Program-made: the position numbers and the translations under genes
Part shown: one piece after another, positions 18,188 to 27,556 of the stretch
Layout of the letters: every line of letters starts with the position of its first letter
How positions within the stretch are numbered: the stretch's first letter is position 1
Notes under the pieces: generated by a model
The model's database searches: none
What the model saw: the letters and a program-made list of their open reading frames with translations, nothing else
What the model was told of the DNA's origin: nothing
DNA from: a virus
Taxonomy: Duplodnaviria; Caudoviricetes
Strand: one strand, 5' to 3'
DNA: 64,000 nt
IMG/VR virus record: IMGVR_UViG_3300033067_001032
Span: 4,103-68,102 of that record

Positions 18188-18640
18188 CTAACCCCTCTTG
18201 TCTGTGTAGCTACGACTGTCGGGGTCCCTGAATACTTCTACCCCTCTATCTTTTAATGAGAAGTAGTTACTGTCAACTGCCCGGATTTGCGATTTCGCCC
18301 TGCGAGTATTGTAATGGCGAATGCCTTCCGCCGTGGAGGTCGGAAGTTTCGCAAGTATAAGTCCTCCAGACTCGATGTAATCGCCGGAATTGCTGAAGGG
18401 ATCGATAAGTCTTGCGATATCTGGATAGTCTTCCTTGCGGCACATGATCCAGCCCTGTTGAGCGCGCTTGGCCATGTTGCGGGCATCGATCTCCCCGCGT
18501 GTGGATTTACGCACCCACTTGAAGTTATAGCCATCTTCTTCCGGCGGCATCGGCAGCAGCGGCGGGGGCGTGTAGGTCTCCACGTTCTTGGTGGCTTCGC
18601 GGGTCTGGGCCTCGCGGCTAACTCGTGCTTTAGCGGCCAT
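18188..18640 (-). CDS. Conserved head-module hypothetical protein
   Basis: 150 aa; FKWVRKS...QGW and GGLILAK patterns. Confidence 0.65.
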   Translation of the reverse strand: MAAKARVSREAQTREATKNVETYTPPPLLPMPPEEDGYNFKWVRKSTRGEIDARNMAKRAQQGWIMCRKEDYPDIARLIDPFSNSGDYIESGGLILAKLPTSTAEGIRHYNTRRAKSQIRAVDSNYFSLKDRGVEVFRDPDSRSYTDKRG

Positions 18641-19590
18641 TAGCGGCTCTCCCTTTCACTGTCTCGTTTTTGCTGACGAAGCACTTCCTTGGCCATGTTT
18701 TCCTTTGGAATGCCCCATTTGCGAGAGAGTTGGACCTGTAGTCCGGTCAACTTGACCTCACGAATCCGCTTCTTGCCCGGCGCCGATGACCCAGATCGCT
18801 CGCCCTGACGAACCGCCGGAATATCCTTCCGGCGCTCCTCGAAGAGTTCCGGATACCGGCGCTTCATGTGAGCATCGACCTTTTTGTAGTATTCATCCGA
18901 GGATGGAAGAATGCCCTGGGCCTCGAGAGTGTTGGCATAGCCAACAGCGGCAATACGGGCCTCGTCGTTGGAGTTGAACCAGCCGTTCTTCTTGAGCCAG
19001 GCAGTGGCTTTCGGATGTGTCTTCGGGACCTGCGGCTCGGTCTTGGCTCTGGTCTCTGCCTGTTCGGCGTACACCTCCAGCAGGCGTTGCTGACCTTTCA
19101 GGTCAGCTAGTTCCTCTGAGAGATCGCCATGAGCGTCTGAATCCGCTTCCTCAAAAGCGGTCTTCAGTTTCTCGCGCACCGCGGCGATCTTGCTCTTCAG
19201 GTCGTTGCGGGCGGTTTCGATGGCCTGCTTTTCGCTGGCCACGGCGCCCCTTACTCGATCGGCCTGGATAGCCCTGGCGGCCTCCACCGCGGAGGCGGCC
19301 GCGGCTTCGGCCGCTTCGGTACGGTTCTTCAGATCCTCGTAGTCATCGAGGTCCTCATCGCTGAGAACGCCCTTGGCCCGCTTGCGCTTGGGCGCTTCTT
19401 CCTCTTCATCATCTTCTTCGGCATCGACATCGTCGAGATCGGCGTCGTCATCGTCATCGTCGAATTTGTCGCCCTTAGGCTTCTTTTTCTTACCGCTCAA
19501 CTCATCGTCGTCGAAAGAAAAGTCCTCATCATCTCCGGTATCGAGATCGATATCGAAAGGTTCCTCGTCGAGGATTTCACGCTTTGCCAT
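18640..19590 (-). CDS. Scaffolding protein
   Basis: Acidic N-terminus, coiled coil, AWLKKNGWF; positioned between portal and capsid genes. Confidence 0.7.
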   Translation of the reverse strand: MAKREILDEEPFDIDLDTGDDEDFSFDDDELSGKKKKPKGDKFDDDDDDADLDDVDAEEDDEEEEAPKRKRAKGVLSDEDLDDYEDLKNRTEAAEAAAASAVEAARAIQADRVRGAVASEKQAIETARNDLKSKIAAVREKLKTAFEEADSDAHGDLSEELADLKGQQRLLEVYAEQAETRAKTEPQVPKTHPKATAWLKKNGWFNSNDEARIAAVGYANTLEAQGILPSSDEYYKKVDAHMKRRYPELFEERRKDIPAVRQGERSGSSAPGKKRIREVKLTGLQVQLSRKWGIPKENMAKEVLRQQKRDSERESR

Positions 19591-20003
19591 TACATAGCTC
19601 TCCGCACACGATCAGGGGCCATAACGACTGCCTCGACGGCATCGTCGTTCAAGAGTCGGTATTCATTCTCGGATGAGTCCAGCTTGAAGCGGGTTCCGGC
19701 ATAAGAGCGGAACATGACGTAATCGCCGACCTGGCAGGACTTCTCTCCAGACGGCCAACGCTCCTTATCGGCGTAACAGTCGGGGCCCATGGCCACCACG
19801 TAGCCCACAGTCTGGGCGTGATCCTCGCGGGCCAGTAGCTCATCCGGCTTCCAAACGCCGCCCTCGGTTTTCTTGGCGGTCTTGTAAATAACCACCAGAA
19901 TCCGGTAACCTTTCGGCTGCACCAGCAGCACCTTTTCTTCGCTATCGAGACGCACTTTGGCGTCGTTAGCCATCGCTTGCATCGTCATCGTCTTCCCGCT
20001 CAC
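19590..20003 (-). CDS. groES: GroES-like co-chaperonin
   Basis: QPKGYRILV, KTEGGVW, VVAMGPD, VGDYVMF.SYAGT and YRLLNDDAVEAVV match the GroES fold pattern. Confidence 0.8.
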   Translation of the reverse strand: MSGKTMTMQAMANDAKVRLDSEEKVLLVQPKGYRILVVIYKTAKKTEGGVWKPDELLAREDHAQTVGYVVAMGPDCYADKERWPSGEKSCQVGDYVMFRSYAGTRFKLDSSENEYRLLNDDAVEAVVMAPDRVRRAM

Positions 20004-20166
20004 CCATCAAAATCCGGGCCTCACGCAGTATCTTAGTGAGCATTTTTGCTTCGCCTACCACCCTGTCGTAGTCGCGAATATTCTCATATCGACCGGACAC
20101 CATGTTGTTCTTAATGCCCTCGAGATCGGCTTCCATAGCCCGGATGAGCTTCTCTAATTCATGCAT
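19966..20166 (-). CDS. Hypothetical protein
   Basis: 66 aa helical ORF (Y..VVGE) between portal and GroES. Confidence 0.6.
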   Translation of the reverse strand: MHELEKLIRAMEADLEGIKNNMVSGRYENIRDYDRVVGEAKMLTKILREARILMGEREDDDDASDG

Positions 20167-22759
20167 TTGGTTTCGCCTTCGGTCGCTTCATGCCAGCCGG
20201 GAGCTTCCGGGGCGGGGTCGGTTTGGGGGCGTTTTTCTGGAGCTCGGCCGGGCTGTTTTCATTCTTGCCCAGCTTGGATGGGGTGAGACCGGCCCTGGCC
20301 TCGATGTCCCGCTGCACGTCCGGAGGGGTGTCCTTGTAGGAGATCGAAACGCTCGGCTCTTTTTTCTCGGCCCGGGCGGGCGCCTGGACATTACTGGCGG
20401 TATGGAGACGCTCCTTGATTTGGAAGCCTAGGCGAGACTCCTGGCTGGCTAGTTCCTCATCATGCATCTTCATCTTGGCGGCCAATTCCTTGTCCTTGAA
20501 GGCAAGGGTCTTCTCGGCGATCTCCCGCTTATCCTTATGGGCCTCTTCCTGAATGCGCTGCGCGTTGGCTTCCAACTGAGTGGCCGGATCGGCTTGTTGC
20601 TGCGCTTGCAGCGCTGCCTGGGCCTCGGCGATATGATCCTGTAGAAGCTGCTCTGAAGCCGCAGCGGCCAGATTGGCGATGAGGGTCTCGGTATCGCTCG
20701 GCAGCGGGTCTCCGGGCGGTGGCAACGCCACGCCCATCTTCCGCTCGATTTCGCGGCGATAGGCGAACGCCATGTGTTCTTGAATGTGAGCATGGGCGGC
20801 GCCCATGATGGCCTGAGCCATCGGGCTTTGCCCCACCATGGCCTGAAGTTTGGGGTCTTGCAGCGCGGCCATGTGGACGCGCAGGTGCGCCTCATGATCT
20901 TGCTCAATGAACGCCCTGACCGGCTTACCGGTGAGGATCGCCATACCCTCAGACACCGGATCGGTCGGTTCCAGGTCATCTGGAAGCGGCACGATCTTAT
21001 CGGCGTTGGCGATGTTCAAGACCTCAAGCATGCCGCGGTGCAAACGGGGGAGATCATAGACCTGCGGGGTTTGCGCGGCGATATTCACCGCCGCCTGATA
21101 CACGATGACCCGTTGGGCCTGGGTGGAGGAATTGGGATCGGACACCGGGATGATGTCAACGGACCCGCCAAAGTCCTCGGACCTGTTGTACTGAAGTTCC
21201 TGGTCATACTCATAGCTAGGCGGCATGTAATCGCGGATCAGCGCCTTGATCAGCCCAAGCTCTTTCTTCATCGATTGGTGGAGGCGGGCATGGACCGCAC
21301 TCATCACCCGGAGCGAGCGCTCAAGAAGAGCTAGTGTAGTGCCGACCGGAGTGTTGGCGCTGGCGTCGGCGATCTTCATATCGGCCACCGAGGCCACCCG
21401 CCTCGCCTCTTCCACGATGTTTTGCAGAAGCGCGAATGACACCTCGCTTGGCGCCCGATATGGAAGCGGGAGGAGGGCGTCGACCAACTTGCCCGATGGC
21501 ACGTCGACATCGCGGAACTCACCCGGCATCACCGGGGTTTCATCGCCCTTAACCCTGAATCCGGTGGTCTTGAATCCAGAGGGCACGTTGGAGAGGGTGC
21601 CCGCGTCGATAAGCTGACGAAGTAGAGCGGTGGCGGCATCGGCCCCACCGCCAACCAGGTGCATCACCCCAAACGCATACCAGCCCAGTCCGGGCAGATA
21701 TGAGTAGTCGACAAAGTGAATGCGTTTGATGTAGAGGGGATCGTCTTCCCGCCAGTTGCGGCGGATCGCCAACACCTTTTGCGATCCAGTCTCAATGGTG
21801 ATGATGTACGGCAAATGGCGATCGATTTCTTCATCGACGCCATCTATCTTGAGGTCAGCATGAACTTCGTAGATTTCAAACCGGTCATCGTCGATGGGTG
21901 CAGACACCCCGATGATGTCATCTTCGGCGTCGTCTGTGTCCGTGTCGAATATCTGGCTTGGCTGAAGATCAACGTCCCGATAGAAGCCGACGCTTATCAG
22001 CGTTTCGAGCGTAGATTTGAAGATGTGTTCTCGGTGAGTGTAGCGAGGGCAGGTCTCGAGATCGGAAGCGCCATACTGGATAATGAAATCATCGGCAGTC
22101 ACCATCTTACTGGATGGCCGTTTTCTGATCGGATCGAACGTTACTTTCTTGAGGACGGTGCCAGAGAGAGGAAGACGAAACAAAAGACGTTCCGTTTCCA
22201 TGCGCCACTCGGTCATGCGCTCCATGAGTTGGAAGTTGAGCTCGGCGGCGACACGCCTGCCGACTTGCATTTTTAGCGCGGTCTCCTGGCCGATGGCCTT
22301 GAACATGGCGGGCCCAGATGGGGGGCAAAGCTCCATGACCGCATTAGCCTGGAACGCCACCGCGGTCTCGGCCAGCACTGGGTGAACCACGTTTGAGCAA
22401 TTGGGCCAGGGCTCGTTCTTGGGTTCCGGGTTAATACCAAGTAGATCGAGCCCATCGCGGTATCGGCGCGACCACTCATCCCGGCTTTGGATATCCTCAT
22501 CGATCTTGGTGAGGAGGTTGCTGGCCAGCACCAGCATTGTGTGTTCGCTGAGAGCCTCGGCCAGGTTGGCGTCGAACGGGAGGCTGGCCACATCCGGCCG
22601 ATCAGCTAGTCCACGGCCAAGATCGATGGTGAGGCCGCCATCCTCATCGAGCTCTTCTTCATCGTCGAGGCCGTCGACCGGAACTACCGTTTCGCCGATT
22701 TCTTCATCATCCATCTCGTCAAATGGATCGATCGGCTGGATCGCGCGAGAAATTGCCAC
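20159..22759 (-). CDS. Portal protein
   Basis: 866 aa directly downstream of TerL; VHPVLAE, LPLSG...KKV, YAFG..HL.GG, LIDAGTLSN and SAVHARLH motifs. Confidence 0.9.
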   Translation of the reverse strand: MAISRAIQPIDPFDEMDDEEIGETVVPVDGLDDEEELDEDGGLTIDLGRGLADRPDVASLPFDANLAEALSEHTMLVLASNLLTKIDEDIQSRDEWSRRYRDGLDLLGINPEPKNEPWPNCSNVVHPVLAETAVAFQANAVMELCPPSGPAMFKAIGQETALKMQVGRRVAAELNFQLMERMTEWRMETERLLFRLPLSGTVLKKVTFDPIRKRPSSKMVTADDFIIQYGASDLETCPRYTHREHIFKSTLETLISVGFYRDVDLQPSQIFDTDTDDAEDDIIGVSAPIDDDRFEIYEVHADLKIDGVDEEIDRHLPYIITIETGSQKVLAIRRNWREDDPLYIKRIHFVDYSYLPGLGWYAFGVMHLVGGGADAATALLRQLIDAGTLSNVPSGFKTTGFRVKGDETPVMPGEFRDVDVPSGKLVDALLPLPYRAPSEVSFALLQNIVEEARRVASVADMKIADASANTPVGTTLALLERSLRVMSAVHARLHQSMKKELGLIKALIRDYMPPSYEYDQELQYNRSEDFGGSVDIIPVSDPNSSTQAQRVIVYQAAVNIAAQTPQVYDLPRLHRGMLEVLNIANADKIVPLPDDLEPTDPVSEGMAILTGKPVRAFIEQDHEAHLRVHMAALQDPKLQAMVGQSPMAQAIMGAAHAHIQEHMAFAYRREIERKMGVALPPPGDPLPSDTETLIANLAAAASEQLLQDHIAEAQAALQAQQQADPATQLEANAQRIQEEAHKDKREIAEKTLAFKDKELAAKMKMHDEELASQESRLGFQIKERLHTASNVQAPARAEKKEPSVSISYKDTPPDVQRDIEARAGLTPSKLGKNENSPAELQKNAPKPTPPRKLPAGMKRPKAKPNA

Positions 22760-22768
22760 TGGCGTCCT

Positions 22769-25276
22769 CTAGTAAAATTTGCCGCGCCGACGTTTGGTTC
22801 GGTCTTCGTCGTCTTCGTCATAATCATAGTCCATTGAGGTCTTTATGAAACCACCCTGGCGGAAACGAAGTATAGCTTGAGTTCCGGAGTCCACGAAGTC
22901 GTCATGATTCCCAGTCGGGAAAGCAGCGAATTCTTCTATTACTTCCTGGTTACTACGATTTGGCATGAAGTAAATCCACCCGGACTTGAAGATATCGCTC
23001 ACGGCATTGACTCTCACGATCTTGTCGTTGCCGCGGGATGGGGTGAATTCGGAGACTGGGATGCCCATGTGGCGCAGTTCCGCCGCAAGCGGCGCCCCGG
23101 CTGCCTTAGCTTCGATCAGCAGGCAATCGGGTTTCTTTTCGTTGTAAAGCTGCTTAGCCTTTTGTTTTAGCTCAGGAAATTCCATTCGTTCCTTGAACGA
23201 ATCAAGCAGGATGGCGGCCTTCACGGTGCGGCCATCGGCATTGGGCACGCTGAACACGCCCCAAGTGGTGCAGGCGCAGAAGTCGGAACGCTGGGTCTTC
23301 AGGTAGGCGGTGTCCCAGGACTGCAAGATGAACTCGCATTCCGGCGGCTTCTCTTGCTCCCATGGCTTCCACCACTCCCGCTTGACCATGGCCGCCTCTT
23401 CCGAGGTGGGATTCTGCTGATACACCGAATTCCAGTAGCTGGCCGGATACTCAGTCTTAATGCCAAGCCAGTATTCGAGTGGGAATCTCTCGGCGGCCAG
23501 CCATTTGCCATCTGGGAAGATGGCCGGGAAGTTGACCACATGCCATTCCCCCATCTGACCAACCTCCTTGGCGCGGGAGATAATTCGGCCGGTAAGGTCC
23601 TTTAGACCCCAGCGAGTTTGGATGAGCAGAAGTTTGGTGCGGGGCGTGAGGCGCTGACGTGGACCGGCGAGATACCACTCATAAGTCTTCTCGAACACCT
23701 CCGGCTTATAGGCGGCCAGCGCCCCATCGCCCTCGGTGTGAGGGTCGTCGATAACCATGAGATCGGCGTTGCGGCCCACCATTGTGCCGCCCACGCCAAC
23801 GGCGTAATACTCGCCGCCATGGTTGGTCTTCCAATGCCCCTTCGCTTTGTTATCGGGTTTCAGCGCAATTCCGGGGAATACATCCCGATAGTGATCGCTG
23901 TCGACGAGATCGCGGACTTTTTCACCCCACTCAACCGAGAACGAGGCGGTGTGCGTAGCCTGGATGATGGCTTGCTTGGGATTCTTACCGAGGAAATACC
24001 CTGGGAGAAATAGAGAAGAGGCCCGGCTGTTGTGTGTGGGGATGAGTCCGCGTCCCGCTAAAAACAAATTATCAGGGGAGCCAACCTCGATGCATGCAGT
24101 GTCCCTGCTACATACCTGGTTTGTTCTAATATAACGCATGACCGGTTTGAGCGGCGAGCGACAGCGTTTGGCTTTATGTGGAATTGAAGCCGCCCCATTA
24201 CCGATCCAGACCACACGGTAATGCACGCCATGGTCTTTACCTGAAACGATGACACGACGTTGATTGACGAATGGCTTCATCCCCAGCGACAGCACCAGTA
24301 AAACCACGGCGTCTATGAGGTCTTTATTCTTATTGTTGAAGGTGTTTTTACCGTCCTTAGTAACGTTGCCATCGGTGTCCATCAGCCCGTGCAGAAGGGC
24401 TAAGCGTTGTTCTTCCGAACCCAACAGATACTGAACTGGAACGTGTTTACGCTCAAATACGCCGATAGCTCTAAGCGCCTTCGGCAACCCCAGAATACTA
24501 AACCGTTGAGCCTTAGCTTTCTGTAGCCTGGTATCCCATCCCTCAGCATGGATACGCCCACGAATGTGAGGTTGATGATCAGGATGGCAGGTAATCTCAC
24601 CGGATCGACGAGAGCCGTCACCAAGCCACACCCCCAAGGTGTAAGGGGAGACTAGAAGATGCCGCGGCTTTAACTTTAGGACTGGCTGTGGCGGAAGTGC
24701 TGGGCGGCGTTTTTCACTGGTCGAAAGGAAACGATCAGCTACCCAGGCGGTGGTGCGGTTCTTAAAAACATGCCTGCGTTTACGCTCAATGCTGAGCGAC
24801 CACTCGTGCTCCTCATCGGCGATTACCCGACCCCCGTCATCGGTCTCCACCTCCCAACATTTACGTTCCTTGAATACCGGGGATTTCCATGTGACGGGAT
24901 ATGGTTTTCCGTCGGCGCCAAAGACCTGATCGCCAACATCAATATCCGCCATGGTCTTAAAGCCGGACGGGGTTAATATCTCAGTGTCCAGGCTGAGTGC
25001 CTTTCCAACTCTTGGCGCCATGTTGATGATGACGCGATTGAGCTCTCCGCGGAGCATGGCGTCGAAGATTTGCCCAAGCTTTCGCCAGTGGGCGGTGTCG
25101 ATGTAGGAATCCGACTCCGATGCATCCCAGCAATATTTAACAAAATCGATGTAGCGGGCGCGGGCGCCCTCAATCGAAGAGGCCCGGTCCCTTAGCTGCA
25201 TGAGCTTTAGGATTTCGCGCTGTTCGGCGAGCGGCAGGCGCTCGATCAGCTTTAGCTCTTTCGGCCCGAATTCCAT
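22769..25276 (-). CDS. terL: Terminase large subunit, intein-containing
   Basis: Walker A INMAPRVGK|S split by an intein, Walker B VIDDP, nuclease QSWDTA, IEAKAAG and HDDFVDS. Confidence 0.93.
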   Translation of the reverse strand: MEFGPKELKLIERLPLAEQREILKLMQLRDRASSIEGARARYIDFVKYCWDASESDSYIDTAHWRKLGQIFDAMLRGELNRVIINMAPRVGKALSLDTEILTPSGFKTMADIDVGDQVFGADGKPYPVTWKSPVFKERKCWEVETDDGGRVIADEEHEWSLSIERKRRHVFKNRTTAWVADRFLSTSEKRRPALPPQPVLKLKPRHLLVSPYTLGVWLGDGSRRSGEITCHPDHQPHIRGRIHAEGWDTRLQKAKAQRFSILGLPKALRAIGVFERKHVPVQYLLGSEEQRLALLHGLMDTDGNVTKDGKNTFNNKNKDLIDAVVLLVLSLGMKPFVNQRRVIVSGKDHGVHYRVVWIGNGAASIPHKAKRCRSPLKPVMRYIRTNQVCSRDTACIEVGSPDNLFLAGRGLIPTHNSRASSLFLPGYFLGKNPKQAIIQATHTASFSVEWGEKVRDLVDSDHYRDVFPGIALKPDNKAKGHWKTNHGGEYYAVGVGGTMVGRNADLMVIDDPHTEGDGALAAYKPEVFEKTYEWYLAGPRQRLTPRTKLLLIQTRWGLKDLTGRIISRAKEVGQMGEWHVVNFPAIFPDGKWLAAERFPLEYWLGIKTEYPASYWNSVYQQNPTSEEAAMVKREWWKPWEQEKPPECEFILQSWDTAYLKTQRSDFCACTTWGVFSVPNADGRTVKAAILLDSFKERMEFPELKQKAKQLYNEKKPDCLLIEAKAAGAPLAAELRHMGIPVSEFTPSRGNDKIVRVNAVSDIFKSGWIYFMPNRSNQEVIEEFAAFPTGNHDDFVDSGTQAILRFRQGGFIKTSMDYDYDEDDEDRTKRRRGKFY
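24029..25000 (-). mobile_element. Intein (324 aa) with LAGLIDADG homing endonuclease, Ala1/WCT class-3 type
   Basis: Starts ALSLDTEILTP and ends LIPTHN|S. Block B ADEEHEW, block F TACIEV; endonuclease motifs LGVWLGDG and LHGLMDTDG. Confidence 0.9.
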
Positions 25277-25532
25277 TATTCCCCAGAATCCAATCTAATG
25301 GGTCTTCCTGGGGTTGGTCTACTGGGGCGATCTTGATCTCGAGACGAGGGCCTCTTCCATTGGGAAAAAAGCTATCGGGGACATGCTCACCGCACCACCA
25401 GGTAGCATGTTGCATCCAATGGCCATCGGCGTTCTTCCACATTCCAAACAGCGAACGGCCTGAACATTCGACGCATGGACTAGGACCCTCGGTGTGCTTC
25501 TTGTAGGCCTTTCTGGCGGCGCCTTTGCGCAT
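25170..25532 (-). CDS. Hypothetical protein (CxxC)
   Basis: 120 aa; overlaps the TerL 5' end by about 100 nt. Confidence 0.45.
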   Translation of the reverse strand: MRKGAARKAYKKHTEGPSPCVECSGRSLFGMWKNADGHWMQHATWWCGEHVPDSFFPNGRGPRLEIKIAPVDQPQEDPLDWILGNNGIRAERAKADRAPAARRTARNPKAHAAKGPGLFD

Positions 25533-25779
25533 AGAGCTTCTCCCCCATCGGAGTTAGTTCAAACCATCTGATTGCATAGCGCGGCCTGGGCGGCATGATC
25601 CCAAAGGCGGCGGCGCCCTCCATTTTTCTCAGCACACCCTGCCGGGTCACCCCTAGGCGGGCGGCCATCTCGGCCATGTTGGGTATCTCTCCGGTCTCGG
25701 AGACATGCCCAACCACCATGTCGATCATCTCAAAATGCGCGTCGGTTAATTGGCCCCAGCGGCCCTTGCTTCCCGACAT
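25480..25779 (-). CDS. LexA-like winged HTH DNA-binding protein
   Basis: GEIPNMAEMAARLGVTRQGVLRKM...FG pattern. Confidence 0.6.
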   Translation of the reverse strand: MSGSKGRWGQLTDAHFEMIDMVVGHVSETGEIPNMAEMAARLGVTRQGVLRKMEGAAAFGIMPPRPRYAIRWFELTPMGEKLYAQRRRQKGLQEAHRGS

Positions 25780-26009
25780 AATTCAAGCACCTGGGTCATC
25801 ATCTTGCCGCGGATCATCGGCTGCACCCGCATGTAAGCGCCGTTGTCGCCGCCGGTCCCAACCATCGAGATTAGATGACTGGTGACCAGCGATAGAGCAT
25901 ACAGGCTTTCCATTGGATCGGTAGCGCCAAGCATCCCCACCAATTGCGGGGCGATCCGCTCGGCCGCCAACCTGCTTTCGCTGAAGTCGCGCTGTAGTAT
26001 GTCAGCCAT
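25746..26009 (-). CDS. Hypothetical protein
   Basis: 87 aa ORF in operon. Confidence 0.55.
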   Translation of the reverse strand: MADILQRDFSESRLAAERIAPQLVGMLGATDPMESLYALSLVTSHLISMVGTGGDNGAYMRVQPMIRGKMMTQVLELCREARAAGAN

Positions 26010-26021
26010 CGCCGCCTCCCG

Positions 26022-27473
26022 TTATGGGTTGCTTGGATCAACCACCGGCTCAGATGGGGCAGGTTCGGGCGGCAAGTCAACAGCCGGGGCATCAGCTGGA
26101 ACTTCCGGGGGAAGTTCGACGGGGGCTTCGGCTGGGGCTTCAGGGGGAGCCTCGACTAGAGGGGCCTCAACGGGGACATCGGCTGGGGGAGCCTCGACTG
26201 GGGCGCCATCGACTGGAACAGTCGATGGAACTTCCACAGGAAGTTCAACCTGCGCCACCACTGCATCGACCTGATCTTGATGCACCTGGGCATCCATCAG
26301 GGCCTGAGCGGCCGCTGCATCTCGAGCTTGTTCATCGGCTAGCCGCTGTGCGGCGGCTTGAGCCTCGGCTTCGGCTTGAGCCTGAGCGGCTTGGGCATCC
26401 AGCGCCGCCTGAGCATCGGAGGCTGCCTGAGCATCGGCGGAAGCCTGAGCGGCGGCTTGAGCTTCGGCGTCGGCCAGGGCCTGAGCTTCCGCGGCGAGCC
26501 GGGTGCGTTCCGCCTCGGCGTCGACCACCGCCTGCGCGGCTTCGATTGACGCCAGAGCGGCGGCCTGGGCCTCAGCGGCGGCTTGTTCAGCGGCGGCCTG
26601 GGCGGAAGCATCCGCATCTCGTTGCTGTTGCACAAGGATCGCCTGAGCCTCGGCGTCGGCCAGAGCTTGTTCTGCTGCCTGCTCCGCGGCCAACCTGGCC
26701 GCCACATCCTGAGCGGCCTGGGCGTCTGCCTGCGCTTGCGCCGCGGCCGCATCGGCGGCTTGCTGCTGAGCTAGTTGAGCGGCGGTGGCCTCGGCTTCGG
26801 CTTGACGCTGAGCTTCAGCTTCCGCCAGCGCTTGCGCGGCGGCATCAGCCTGAGCTTGAGCCTCGGCGGCAGCGATAGCCGCCTGCTTGGAAGCTTCCTC
26901 GGCGGCGATCCGATCAGCTTCCGCCTGAGCAGCGGCGGCTTGATCGGCGGCATCCTGAGCAGCTTGAGCAGCGGCTAGGGCTTGAGCGGCAGCCAGGGCA
27001 TCAGCCTCGGCTTGGGCGGCTTGCGGGTCTTCTACTGGAACGGGATCAGGAGGTGAGCCCAATGCTGGATCATCGACCACCACGACTTCGGGCGGGGCTG
27101 GTTCTTGGACAGCGACCGGTTGCTCCACGGGCTGTGGGGCGGGTTCGGGTGCGGGGGCAACAGGATCGGGAAACGGAAGAGGGGCCGATTCGGCAACCTC
27201 CGGCTCTACCGGTTGGGGCGGATCGATGTTATCAGCGACCCGGCGCAGCGATCGGCAACGCATCAACAGTTCATTGAACACATCGTTGAGGACCGCCGCG
27301 GCGGTAAGATTGTCATCGGTCTCGGTGTCTTCATCGAAATCGCTCACACCAAGCGTTTCAATCGCATCGCGATACATGCGCACCGCGACAGCTTGAATCT
27401 CATCAGCGGCGGCTCGCAAAATGTCGCTAGCCTTGCGCTCAAAGACAGTGACTTCGTTGACTTCGTCGCCCAT
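26022..27473 (-). CDS. Ala/Gln/Glu-rich coiled-coil protein with Pro/Val/Glu linkers
   Basis: Start MGDEVNEV with GGAGGAG SD; long AQA/AEA repeats flanked by PVE/PAE repeats. Confidence 0.75.
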   Translation of the reverse strand: MGDEVNEVTVFERKASDILRAAADEIQAVAVRMYRDAIETLGVSDFDEDTETDDNLTAAAVLNDVFNELLMRCRSLRRVADNIDPPQPVEPEVAESAPLPFPDPVAPAPEPAPQPVEQPVAVQEPAPPEVVVVDDPALGSPPDPVPVEDPQAAQAEADALAAAQALAAAQAAQDAADQAAAAQAEADRIAAEEASKQAAIAAAEAQAQADAAAQALAEAEAQRQAEAEATAAQLAQQQAADAAAAQAQADAQAAQDVAARLAAEQAAEQALADAEAQAILVQQQRDADASAQAAAEQAAAEAQAAALASIEAAQAVVDAEAERTRLAAEAQALADAEAQAAAQASADAQAASDAQAALDAQAAQAQAEAEAQAAAQRLADEQARDAAAAQALMDAQVHQDQVDAVVAQVELPVEVPSTVPVDGAPVEAPPADVPVEAPLVEAPPEAPAEAPVELPPEVPADAPAVDLPPEPAPSEPVVDPSNP

Positions 27474-27556
27474 CGATCTCTCCATCCGAATACCCTCTAT
27501 CCTAGAGTGGGCCAGCTTGGTTGGCTACTATCCTTCCAGGAGTTAAGATAGTGCCC

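Noticed and set aside
26022-27060. Repetitive gcctgagc/gcggc units as a possible CRISPR or tandem DNA array
   Set aside because: Explained by Ala/Gln codons of the coiled-coil protein; no fixed repeat-spacer periodicity.
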